In this document: one piece after another, positions 11,630-22,640 of the stretch
Layout of the letters: every line of letters starts with the position of its first letter
Position numbering within the stretch: position 1 is the first letter of the stretch
From: Octopus bimaculoides
Lineage: Eukaryota
Direction of reading: 5' to 3'
Length of the DNA stretch: 40,865 bases
NCBI RefSeq assembly: GCF_001194135.2
Contig: NC_069003.1
Coordinates: 23,007,977 to 23,048,841, forward strand
Notes under the pieces: model-generated
Database searches by the model: none
Told to the model about the DNA's origin: nothing
Seen by the model: only the letters and a program-made list of their open reading frames with translations
Position numbers and translations under genes: made by a program

Positions 11630-11838
11630 TTGTGTGTTTCTATGTCTGTTTGTACCCCCAACATCGCTTGACAACCGATGCTGGTGTGTTTACGTCCCCG
11701 TAACTTAGCAGTTCGGTAAAAGAGACCGATAGAATAAGTACTAGGCTCACAAAGAATAAGTCCTGGGGTCGATTTGCTCGACTAATGGCGGTGCTCCAGC
11801 ATGGCCGCAGTCAAATGACTGAAACAAGTAAAAGAGTA
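11415..11838 (+). mobile_element. SINE family A, full length, with expanded central (AT)n
   Basis: GGCGCAGGCGTGGCTGTGTGGTAAG A-box, GGGTTCAGTTCC B-box, (AT)~24 at ~11578-11625, tail GTAAAAGAGTA. Confidence 0.95.
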
Positions 11839-11879
11839 TGAAGCCACGAGATATTTATTCACGAAGACGGCTGTCAGGA

Positions 11880-12215
11880 GATGTGTTATATCACGAAATT
11901 GACCATCTACTAAGCTAGTAGAGTGGATATTAAGGAAACTGAGAAATGTCGAAGAGATTATGGAACGTAAGTATGAAAATTGTTCTTGCGGTAATTAAAG
12001 CACTCGGCATAACGCCCAAACATTGCTATCTAAGAAGCTGAAGGAAACTACAATTGAAATTTTATTTTCTGTAGAAAAGTACCATCCGATATTCTGCAAG
12101 AATGCTAAGATACTTGAAATTTGAAGAGACTTTTCGTCACCAAGATCTGTGATAAAACCTGCGCTAGTTAGGCTAACTTGTAATAGATGTATAATAATAA
12201 TAATAATAATAAGAA
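11880..12215 (+). mobile_element. R4/Dong-like LINE 3' fragment with (TAA)n tail
   Basis: RLWNVSMKIVLAVIKALGITPK and KSTIRYSARMLR match the R4/Dong RLE C-terminus; (AAT)n at ~12190-12212. Confidence 0.65.
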
Positions 12216-12224
12216 GAAGAAGAG

Positions 12225-12330
12225 ACTACTGGATACACGAGATTAGAATGGAATATCCTGAAGAGCTTCTGCAGAAGGTCTACTTCTTAGGAACAGGGAA
12301 GATGAGCAGAAGTGTTTGAGCAGATGGTGG
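12225..12330 (+). mobile_element. Second short R4/Dong-like 3' fragment
   Basis: ELLQKVYFLGTGKMSRSV resembles LQKxxLLGTARILRKV. Confidence 0.45.
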
Positions 12331-12417
12331 GTTATTGGAGTCATATCAATGTCTTAGACAATAACCCGCTACTCTACCAAGAAAAAGATCAGACCTGAAT
12401 CCAGAAGGTTATAACTC

Positions 12418-13050
12418 TTTCAAATTTTGACACAAGGCTAGCGATTTTATTGGGAGTGGGTCAATCAATATTTAACTGGTACCTATTTTATCGACCCCGA
12501 AAAATGAGAGCTAAAGTCAACCTCGACAGAATTTCAACTCAGAACATAAAGAATCAGAAGAAATACTGCAAAGCATTTTGTTCGACATACCAACTTTTCT
12601 GTCAGCTCGTCGCCTTTCCTTTGTAATTTTGGTGCAAGGCTTGCATGTTTTTCGAGGAGAGGGAGAAGTCGATTACATCGACCTCAGTGCTAAACTGGCA
12701 AATTGTATTTATTTTGTTGATCCTGAGAGAATGAATGGCAAAATCGACTTCGGTGATATTTGAACTCGGAAAATAAGAGGCCGGAAGAAATGCCACTAAG
12801 CATTTTGTCTGGTACGATAAAGGTTCTACCTGTTCACCGCCTGTAATTATTCTTTCTACAATAAGTACAAGGTTTGAAAATTTGAGGAAGGAGTTTAGTC
12901 CATTACATCGACACCAGTACTCAACTGAGACTTATTTTATCAATAACTAAAAGATGAGAGACAAAGCCGACTTCAGCAAATTTGAACTCAAAATGTGAAG
13001 GGTAGCAAGAAATACCGCAAGGCACTTTCTACGAGGCTCTAATGATTCTG
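12418..13050 (-). mobile_element. Three tandem SINE family B copies (~12418-12612, ~12622-12842, ~12855-13050)
   Basis: Three successive diverged reverse-complement B copies, followed by (AAT)n. Confidence 0.8.
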
Positions 13051-13059
13051 TTCGTAGTC

Positions 13060-13089
<30 letters not shown>

Positions 13090-13095
<6 letters not shown>

Positions 13096-13410
13096 GCCCG
13101 GATGCAGTACCAGGCAGTGACTCTTATGGTTTCTGATCTTAATTGATTGGAAGTGTTATCATGTACGTTGTTTTGTCTTGGTATAAAAAGATGGGCTACA
13201 GCAAATATTCTGCTCAATACCACAGATTTGCTTGTCAGTTGTTTGACTTCATTTCATGTTGTTCCAGATACCCTTCGATCAGAGGGGAATTGTTGGCCTG
13301 CTCGCCAAGCCAACGGGGTGGCGTCATTTGCACGCTAAAACAATGCAAAAATGCATCGTGACCAGCGATGTGTAACAACATCTGATAACCTGGTCGGTCA
13401 CGTGATCATG
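13090..13410 (+). mobile_element. Family E repeat (13090-~13250) joined to a different SINE-like 3' tail (~13250-13410)
   Basis: First part matches 9421-9650; identity ends after GTTGTTTGAC and a distinct segment ending GGTCGGTCACGTGATC follows. Confidence 0.55.
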
Positions 13411-14541
13411 CGATATATGTATATACAATTTACATTTATATGTATATGTATGTAGATATATATACACACACATTTTATGCATGTGTTAGTGAGTGTGTGT
13501 ATATGTGTGTGTGTGTGTGTGTTTGTGTCTTCGAGAGAGTGTATCAAAATTCTCTCGAGTAACAATTCAACGAATATAAGCAATGCAAAACTAATTTTTG
13601 TTTCTTAAACACATAATCTGCCGTTGACAATCGAGACTAATTAATGGGTTTAATGTGTGCATAAAGTACGTTGTCCACTAACATTGTATTTGTGGCAAAC
13701 AACGATTTCACGTCGATTTGATTTGATAGAAACATTAATCCAGTTGTTACTTTCCGGTTGGTTCTGTTCATCATCAGATCTTCGGATCAGGAAATGTTCA
13801 ATATCCTGGTTTAGGAACACAAAATGTCTCTTTCGTATTACATTTCCCTTTGCTATTTTTTTAATCTCTTTTCTTTCTCTCTGTCGATCTGTCTCTCTGC
13901 CCACCATGCCTGTCTGTTTGCTTCTGCATCTACCGCTTTCATCCTCTCTTACACATCTTGCACTATTTGCCTTTATGCATGACGGAAATATAATTTTACC
14001 AATGTAAGCAGTGTGAGTACTTTGTAATAGATAAGGGTTTCATTGGTTTCATATACTTTATTAAATGATCTACTGAGACTGTGTAAAATCATTTGTCGGT
14101 CTACTGATTAACCGCAACTTAAGATTGGATGAAAATCAATCAAATAATTTTATTACAATTCTTCAACATTATTGATTGATGATCGAGCCATCAAATGATT
14201 GATTAGTGATTGATGCTTTTAAGTTAATACTACTGAAATATTTAGTGTTTTCTTGGGTTTTAACGAAGAGGGTTGTCGACCAACTTGATAGGGTGTCGGT
14301 CAACTGGCCAAAAGATTAATGCTTCGTATTTTGGCCATAGCCATGATGCTGCGTCTTTTACAAGATACTCAACTTCCACTTCAATGGACAGATTATTACA
14401 ACTGTTTAGTACAAAGCATTACCAGAAGCAGAAGTGCTGTGGAATTACCAAATAGTTCGTTGTTTCCTAATACCAAGTTCATTTACATGTAATAGTTGAG
14501 CATCTATCTCTCACACCTTTAACGTTATGGAACTTGAAGCT

Positions 14542-14932
14542 GTTGTTGTTGTTGGCACTCCGTCGCTTCCGACGACGAGGGTTCCAGTTGATCCGATCAA
14601 CGGAACAGCCTGCTCGTGAAATTAACGTGCAAGTGGCTGAGCACTCCATAGACACGTGTACCCTTAATGTAGTTCTCGGGGGATATTCAGCGTGACACAG
14701 TGTGACAAGGCTGACCCTTTGAATTACAGACACAACAGAAACAGAAAGTAAGAGTGAGAGAAAGTTGTGGTGAAAGAATACAGCAGGGTTCGCCACCATC
14801 CCCTGTTGGAGCCTCGTGGAGCTTTAGGTGTTTTCGCTCAATAAACACTCACAACGCCCGGTCTGGGAATCGAAACCGCGATCCTATGACCGCGAGTCCG
14901 CTGCCCTAACCACTGGGCCATTGCGCCTCCAC
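14542..14932 (-). mobile_element. tRNA-derived SINE, family C (resembles the octopus OR-type SINEs as recalled)
   Basis: Reverse complement GGCGCAATGGCCCAGTGGTTAGGGCAGCGG..GGTTTCGATTCCC; (CAA)n tail; perfect 14-bp TSD TGGAACTTGAAGCT at 14528-14541 and 14933-14946. Confidence 0.92.
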
Positions 14933-15480
14933 TGGAACTTGAAGCTAAGTACGGGATATATGGATCTCTGGTGGTGGTGGTGGTGGCGGGGCAGCAGTAT
15001 ACTGTACATCCTTGTGGTGCTTACAGTTAAGCAAACTGGGCTAGTTAGTGTTGAATATATCGACCATAAATGCAGAAGAGCACCGTCAGACCATTTGGCG
15101 AGTTACATCCCTCAAAGACTATAAACAGTCTATAAAATATATTTTATGCGACAAAATACTTACCATCAAAGCAATGCTTTAGTGTTAATAAAAGCACATC
15201 ACTCGCACAGTAATTTAGAAATTCTTTTTACAATACCTGCTTTACCACTTTTCGCTGATAAATATACGAAAATCAACCAACCCATATGTTATGGTTCCTT
15301 GAATTTGTAACGAAATACAGATTATAAGACAACTTTCAATGAAACTTTTAGCCTGGCGTAGTGAAGGACTCCTACAAAATGTGATACGTGCCAAGCAGAA
15401 TTCTACTCTCAGTTTTTGAGCACGACTTCCAGTGGATCTGAGAGCAGCGATAAGAGATATATATAGCCCTAAAATGTTAT

Positions 15481-15701
15481 ATATTGGTTTCAAACTTTGG
15501 CACAAGGCCAGCAAATTTGAGGGAAGGGCTAAGTCAATTACATTGACCCAAGTGTTCAACTGGCACTTATTTTATCGATCCCGAAAAGGATGAAAGGCAA
15601 AATCGACCTCGGCAGAATTTGAACTCAGAACGTGAAGACGGACGAAATGTCACTAAGCATTTTGCCCGGCGTGCTAACGATTCTGCCAGCTCGCCGCCTT
15701 A
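15481..15701 (-). mobile_element. SINE family B
   Basis: Low-divergence copy; flanks TAAAATGTTATATATTG and TAAAAAGTGTTATATTG are TSD-like. Confidence 0.9.
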
Positions 15702-15759
15702 AAAAGTGTTATATATTGACACAGTGTCAGACCGAATTAAAAAAACTGCCTACACCATT

Positions 15760-16131
15760 TGTCGACGATGCTGCAACTGTTAAAGCTAAAACAATAATTG
15801 CTATTACTAACGATTTTGACACTTATACAAAATAATGATGATGATGGTGGTGGTGATCATAATGTGGGAGGGTTAACGTTTAAATAATTGTGAATTTCAT
15901 TTCATTTTATTTCTCGCGACATCGCCCCATTATTATTCTAAGAGGGCCCTTCACATTTTTGTTTTCTGCTGCAGTCCGATTTCCTATTCTTCGCATTTTC
16001 TCTGATAGTTTGGACAGTTTCTTTCTCCTTATCACTTCGCCCATGACAAAACGATGGAGTGATACTGTTTGGTGCTGCTTGTTATGGTAGGGAGGCTGGC
16101 GGAATGCCTGAGTGTTGCTTTTCGGAACCGA

Positions 16132-16163
<32 letters not shown>

Positions 16164-16502
16164 NNNNNNNNNNNNNNNNNNNNNNNNNNNNNNNNNNNNN
16201 NNNNNNNNNNNNNNNNNNNNNNNNNNNNNNNNNNNNNNNNNNNNNNNNNNNNNNNNNNNNNNNNNNNNNNNNNNNNNNNNNNNNNNNNNNNNNNNNNNNN
16301 NNNNNNNNNNNNNNNNNNNNNNNNNNNNNNNNNNNNNNNNNNNNNNNNNNNNNNNNNNNNNNNNNNNNNNNNNNNNNNNNNNNNNNNNNNNNNNNNNNNN
16401 NNNNNNNNNNNNNNNNNNNNNNNNNNNNNNNNNNNNNNNNNNNNNNNNNNNNNNNNNNNNNNNNNNNNNNNNNNNNNNNNNNNNNNNNNNNNNNNNNNNN
16501 NN

Positions 16503-16537
<35 letters not shown>

Positions 16538-17250
16538 GAAGTGATGTCCTGTGCCATCTCCATTTCTGTGATTTTCGGGGATTGGGGTTTGCTGCTATTT
16601 CTGTAGTCACCTCTCCACATTCATCACTCCTCACTCTCCTGCTTGGCTTCTACTATTGAGGACAGTAAATTCTCTGCCGGTAATACTTTAGCAGCAGCAA
16701 CATTGTCGGCTTCTTGACGATGATTCTGTCGCTACTACCTTTCTTTTTGTTCATGTCAGTCAGAATCCTTCAAGTGATTTTGCTATCACTCATGTAGCAA
16801 CTAGGCTTCTTTATTGCACTACCAGTTGAATCCCCTTTTCTTTCGTAACAACTACTGGGGACAGTTCTGGTATAGTTTGGGGTCTTTGATGACCACGAGG
16901 AATTGTATGGCTATTGAAAACCCCATTCGACTGCACTATATTCTTTGTGATCTCGGCGCTCACTACTAGCCAAAAAAACCAGTGTTGTTATCAGTATGCT
17001 TGACCCCGGCACTCATGTTTAGTAGTCTTAATTGCGTATGGGTGACTGGGTGTGTTGTACTTATTCAGTCCCTATTCTTGCTTCGTTCTCATTCTTGAAA
17101 AACTACATGTATAAACCTGTACGCTTTACCTCGCAACAGAAGTAACGTTGTTTCAAATGTCAGCTAGTGCTACTTGTAGCTGTTGTTTTGTCGGGAGAAG
17201 GTGCGCTCTTGTGTGTCTATCAAGATGTATATATATGTAGTTTTCTTTTA
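15760..17250 (-). pseudogene. Decayed L1/Tx1-type ORF1 relic, split by (AT)n and a gap
   Basis: Minus strand ~16770-16840 reads GIQLVVQ*..KPSCYMSDSK..HLKD, a degenerate version of TLHVVVEGRKSRCHLCGDTNH at ~26400; followed by a low-complexity A/C-rich tail. Confidence 0.45.
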
Positions 17251-17301
17251 CCTCGCTGCTTGATAATATGATCTGAGAGAATAACATAATTCGTGGGACT
17301 T

Positions 17302-17477
17302 TTATCGTTTACTTGTTTCGGTCATTAGACCTAGGCCAGGATGGGGCACCGCCTTGAAGAATTTTAGTCGAACGAATCGACCCCAGTACTTACTCTTTAA
17401 ACGTCTGGTACTTATTCTATCGGTCTCTTTTGCCGCTAAGTTACAGGGACCAGCACCGGTTGTCAAGCGGTGGTGGA

Positions 17478-17516
<39 letters not shown>

Positions 17517-17765
17517 NNNNNNNNNNNNNNNNNNNNNNNNNNNNNNNNNNNNNNNNNNNNNNNNNNNNNNNNNNNNNNNNNNNNNNNTAACTCAATAGCA
17601 CCACCTGGTAGTAAATACACACACACACACACACACACACGCTTCTTTCAGTTTCTTATGATCAAACCACTCAGGGTTTTGGTCGGCTGCAGGGTATAGT
17701 AGAAGACACATGCCCAAGTATCACGCAATGAAACTGAAGTGAACGTTTTACCACACAACCATGCC
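17302..17765 (-). mobile_element. SINE family A, diverged, with central (CA)n and a gap
   Basis: 3' half 17302-17480 and 5' half 17640-17765 flank a CA run containing Ns. Confidence 0.8.
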
Positions 17766-20059
17766 TGCAAGTGTGTGTATATGTATACTGTCGTCGATAT
17801 ATATTGACAAAGGATGTAAACATTAACTAGGAAACACAAAAGCCAGCGCTTCTCAGAGGAGTGCCAAGCGATATTTTACCTGCACTGAGTTACATATATT
17901 TCCTTGTCCCATTCATTATTAGGAATGTAGTGAACCAGAGATTTTTTCCACTGAAAATCGGTAATCAATGATGCTACAGTCCACCAATTGAGCATCTAAC
18001 TGTAGACTTCTTAATGTCATATCTAACCTTAATTAAGATGACAGAGAGTTGGGATTTTAAGAAAGATCATCGGGCAGATTTCACTAAAGGTTATTTCTCC
18101 GTTACGTTTTTATATGTTTCTATATATTTTCAACTTGATTTGATCCATGTGAAGTATGCCCGATTGCCTTCCTATAATCTATATCCTCTTGTACTACAAC
18201 ATTTTCACGGAGATCTCTCGGTGCTATTTTAATAATTGCAAAATCAATGAGCAGACAAATTAATCAATGGCCTAATTTACGCCATTAGCAATTGCAATGC
18301 AATGATTAACAACTTATAACTGAATGGTGCTTTTGAATATATATTCAAAATTGATATATTTACACCTTGAATTATAATGACAATATTATACGGAAAAAGA
18401 CTTCATTTAAATATAATCATAGAATTATTTCCAATATATAAAAATTAGATTAATGCATTGAATTATTTTGGAATCTGCTTAATTGGTTTCTTTAATAATT
18501 TCTAATATAAATAATAAAATGTAACCAATATTTTTATACTCCGTACCCTCTGTTCTACAGCATTGTCTTAGTTGTGATAGCTAAAAGATTTAGCCCAACG
18601 TTGTGTTGTTATTGCCAACCCATCACCATTTTTATGCATTAGTAAGATACAAGTAGAGTCATTTGTAGAGAAATGTTTATAGTTGACGGAATAGATCTCA
18701 GTATATAACTGGTATGGGTTGTTTTGGTACCGAATGAGCTAAAAGTTGTATCAACTGTTGCAGGAGTTGCACTCGGATTTTAAATAATACTGAGGCGCAT
18801 TAATCCGTCCTTTCCGACTCATCTCTCAGTCTATTATGTATTAGCATTGATATGACTGAGGCAATATAAAACCGGCGCTTGTGCCTCTCTTATTAATTAT
18901 ACACCCAATTTCAGGTAAAAGGGTAGTCTGAAACTGACGAGTGGTTTTTAGATTTCAATACTGTGTTCAATCCGTCCTACTTAACGCAAACACAGAAAAC
19001 GAATTAACGTGGAAACAAATAAATTTATACGTATATAATAGTGGTAATTTGGTTGAGACTGCAAGAAAATACACTATTTTTATTGTATTAACTGGAGAGC
19101 ATTGAGAATTGTTTCAGGGATTTAACCGAATTTATTGTTTCTTCCGATTCTATAATTTTATTTTTGTAAAATTGTCATTGTTTATATTAAGATTCTGAGA
19201 ATTGTTATTGTGTAGTAAAACAATTGGGCTTCTTTTCCATCATGGCGATCGAACACATAAGAGGCAAGCTGTCAGTCGAATTAAATGGGAATGTCTCATG
19301 CAGTCTACTTTATATCAATATGCTTGAATTTTAAAAAGGTGATTCGTGATCAAGTGGCAATATTGCAACATCTCGCTGATTTTTGTTTCTAGTTTCAAGA
19401 GAAATCTGTTCAGAAAATCTAAGGTTAATAGTCACGGTAACTGTAGCTATTAGTAGCATGAACTTTGTAATTCCAGTAGGAAAACCACTTCAATATGATG
19501 CTCCAATAATTGATTGCAATATATCTGTTTTCATTCTGTAGCAATTACCAGATATCATGTAGTTGTTATTGAGATAATAGAGTGTGGTTTATCTAAAGTT
19601 TTACTACAAATCGTTCAGACGTCAACTTTGCTATTCATATCTATGATGTTAATAGAGTAAATACATGTAAGATAGGGAGGTCAACTCAATAGTCTAAACT
19701 GTTTTCCTACTCTGCTCCTATCTTCTGTCTCTTCGAATCAAATCAGTATTCATATCTATAATGGACCTGGGGGGAAATGCATGGAGATAATTGCTATTGT
19801 TTAACCGCTAGTCATTTTTGATTCAGCAGTCCTTTTATTTACTGTAGCATCCATAAGTTGTTTCTTTTTTTAAAGCTGAAAAATGAGAATTGGGAAAAAT
19901 CTGGATACTATTCCTGCCAGGTCGAGTGTACTTAGAAGAATCTTCGTTGGCTTTTAAAGTCCGTACAATGTGTAGCTACTGAGTTGTCTGCGAGTGGCTT
20001 GGCATCCGAGCAACACTCAACGGTGTCAACAAACTGGGAATGTATGTTGTTGTCAGCGC

Positions 20060-20225
20060 CGTTTCGTTCATTTTTACGTTCTGAGTTCAAACTCCGCCGA
20101 GGTCGACTTTGCCTTTAATCCTTTCGGGGTCGATAAAGTAAATACAAGTTGAACACTGGCATAGATGTAATTGACTAACACTTGCACCCCCTCCCCAAAT
20201 GTCAGATCTTGTGCCTAAGGTAAAA
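20060..20225 (+). mobile_element. SINE family B, 5'-degraded, variant tail
   Basis: GTTCTGAGTTCAAACTCCGCCGAGGTCGACTTTGCC core; tail CTTGTGCCTAAGGTAAAAAAGACTATT like the 4125 copy. Confidence 0.8.
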
Positions 20226-20253
20226 AAGACTATTTTGTTTAACTCTAAATCGT

Positions 20254-20670
20254 TACTCTTTTTACTCTTTTACTCTTTTACTTGTTTTAGTCATTTGACT
20301 GTGGCCATGCTGGAGCACCGCCTTTAGTCGAGCAAATCGACCCCAGAACTTATTCTTTGTAAGCCTAGTACTTATTCTATCAGTCTTTTGCCGAACCGCT
20401 AAGTATACGGGGACGTCAACACACCAGCGTCGGTTGTCAAGCGATGTTGGGGGGACAAACACAGACACACAAACATATACACACGCACATACATATGTAT
20501 ATATATACGACGGGCTTCTTTCAGTTTCCGTCTACCAAATCCACTCACAAGGCTTTGGTCTGCCCGAGGCTATAGTAGGAGACACTTGCCCAAGGTGCCA
20601 CGCAGTGGGACTGAACCCGGAGCCATGTGGTTGTTAAGCAAGCTTCTTACCACACAGCCACTCCTACGCT
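20254..20670 (-). mobile_element. SINE family A, full length
   Basis: Complete copy with a (TACTCTTT)x3-type tail. Confidence 0.95.
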
Positions 20671-20689
20671 GACTAAGAAGATTTATGAT

Positions 20690-20820
20690 CACATTGATAC
20701 CATTCTACCAGGTTTTACCTAATTTGTCCTTCTTTTAAGACAGCAAGGCATAATTTAAAGGATTTGGCTCCTATTTTCTGCAGTTTGTGCGTCTGCGAAG
20801 AACTTCTTCCGTTGCTTGTG
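20690..20820 (-). mobile_element. Unclassified repeat fragment (family F; weak second copy ~33970-34130, +)
   Basis: Shared AAAATAG.A.CCAAA..GTCTTA.AA motif between the two sites; weak. Confidence 0.35.
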
Positions 20821-21056
20821 TTGAGAAAGTGGAAACCAAAGACAGAAATTGTCTGTAGATAGAGATGATACAAAGTGCAACTGAATATTTAGTTTCGCCC
20901 ATTAACATTCCATTTTTATCGAAATCTACAACGTAAACACTTTAATATTTTGGCGACAATCGATCGATTATTTTTATGCTATGAAGACATGGTGAGGTAC
21001 TGCAGAGTAGATATGCATAATCGTAATTGTAGAGTGTCTGGATTGACGGGAGTGAG

Positions 21057-21132
21057 TTTCTCTCTCTCTCTTTCTCTCTTTCTCTCTCTCTCTCTTTTTT
21101 TTCTCTCTCTCTCTCTCTCTCTCTCTGTGGGT

Positions 21133-21165
<33 letters not shown>
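21057..21165. repeat. (CT)n-GTGGGT-(GA)n inverted microsatellite pair
   Basis: CT tract 21057-21126 followed by GA tract 21133-21165. Confidence 0.9.
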
Positions 21166-21169
21166 GATC

Positions 21170-21680
21170 GAGAACAGTTCTTCCTACATCAGCGGCAAGA
21201 ATACTATAAACAAATGATAAAAGAAAAGAAAACAAAAAGCAAGCGTGAATTCAGTCGATTTTTGGGATATGGAAATGGTCACGATCGGTAGAAAAACATC
21301 CAGATTTCTTACAGAATACCGTAAAAACGGAAAATAAGGCAATCAGGCGCTCAAACGGAAAATTTGGCACCCCAAACCAAAAAAGTTGGGAAATGTTCCA
21401 AAGAAACAACACAGAAAATGTTGCGACCAAATACTTAAACCAAACAACAACCACAAGAACAAAGTCAACAACAGCATCAAAGCAGAAAAATCGAACAAGA
21501 TGACTACAAGCACTACAATGATGGGACAGCCACAAGTTCAGCAACCTTTCGCAGTGAAGGTCCTAAACTTTTCAGTTCTCCGAAAGGAAAACGGAAATTG
21601 CAGTTTCCATCACAGACTAAGTTTCGTAAATTGTTAATATTTTTGAGGCGCTCATCATTTCCAAAAGTCTACAAAGTCCT
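21170..21680 (+). other. A/C-rich low-complexity segment, possibly a LINE ORF1 tail relic
   Basis: Q/T/K-rich translation (KQQPQEQSQQQHQSRK..SPKGKRK) compositionally like 25500-26280(-); no diagnostic motif. Confidence 0.3.
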
Positions 21681-21684
21681 TCAA

Positions 21685-22640
21685 AGATTGATCTCTTTAC
21701 CCCTGCTTGCCTATCTCTCCTTAGGCTCCTGTAGCTGCATCTTCTTCAGTGAGATACTCCACAGAGTAGCAAAACCAGATGTGACCCAAGAACTCTAGTC
21801 TGCCTTAGCCGATTGCACCGCTGAAGGCCTTGCTATACCCCAGAATACAGATGTCCAGCGTAACTGGGATGACACCGTGTGCAATTCTACCTTCGAGCGG
21901 ATCGAGACATTATTAGACCAGCACCACCTTGCCTGTTTTCGTTTCGCTTCGCAGCCAAACAGCACCACATGGCTTAATTCGGTGCCCTCCTCGTCTAACG
22001 GTACCCTTCATGATGACGAGTGCACTCACATTGGAGTGGCCCAACACCTCGGTCTCCGCGTGTGCGAGTCGCATGAATGCCGTTGTGGAGCAGCTGCCGA
22101 TAAATTCGGCCTCTATCCATTATCCTGCAATCTAAGCACGGGCTGATTCCCCTGACACACCGCTCTGAATGACATAATTCGAAGCGACCTCGATGCGGTT
22201 GGTTTCCCGTCTCAACTGGAGTCATCAGGTCTTGATCGCGAGTACGTTAAGCGCCCCAACAGTATAACCTTCTTCCTATTTGAGGGAAACAGTCTGGGAC
22301 GCGACTTGAAGCAACACGTTCTCTGGCTTTAACCTTGCTGCATCAGCTGCAGACCCGGGTATCGCCACCAGTATCGCCACCCGTAACGTAAACCCGGTAT
22401 CGCACCCGTAACGCAGAAGAGAGAAAAATAAATAAATACGGGAGTCTGACCGGCCGCTATCAGTCTGTGCCAGTCGTCGCCGATACGTCATGTATTCTAC
22501 GACTCCGTACTACTGATATCCCCCGCAAAATCGGCATAACGACTGCTTGTCTGCAAAGTGAACCCCGTGAGGTGGAGTGGATGTTACAGCTCGTGTCGCT
22601 GGCCATTCTCCGCAGTAGCACCATGACAGTCATTATCAAG
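21685..22640 (+). mobile_element. CRE-like non-LTR retrotransposon 3' fragment (CCHC zinc finger + RLE domain), decayed
   Basis: QRNWDD..WLNSVPSSSNG..HLGLRVCESHECRCGAAADKFGLYPLSC..HTALNDIIR..LESSGLDR..KRPN..VWDAT*SNTF..AEERKINKY..LVSLAILRS follows the WLxAxP/CxCG/RHxxLNDII/KRPD/WDxT/ISxAIQRGN series; stops and frameshifts present. T-rich tract follows to ~22790. Confidence 0.78.

Noticed and set aside
12418-13050. Possible triple-target structure in the three tandem B copies
   Set aside because: The spacers are too diverged to show a shared target, so it was not counted with the three clear loci.
14273-14475. 60-aa ORF and an overlapping open frame in unique sequence
   Set aside because: No recognisable domain and no strong splice sites seen. 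ORFs of this length are expected by chance.
14870-14932. tRNA-like sequences (also ~5450-5520, 11415-11490, 35380-35450, 37144-37210)
   Set aside because: A and B boxes are present, but each continues into a SINE body, often with a TSD, and lacks a complete acceptor stem. They are SINE heads, not tRNA genes.
19420-19720. Minus-strand RMKTDILQSIIGAS resembling another R4-type relic
   Set aside because: A single weak motif with no supporting neighbours in frame.
22195-22232. CTGATGA...GAAAC on the minus strand resembling a hammerhead ribozyme core
   Set aside because: Extra ACGG between stem II and GAAA, no convincing stems I and III, and it lies within CRE coding sequence.
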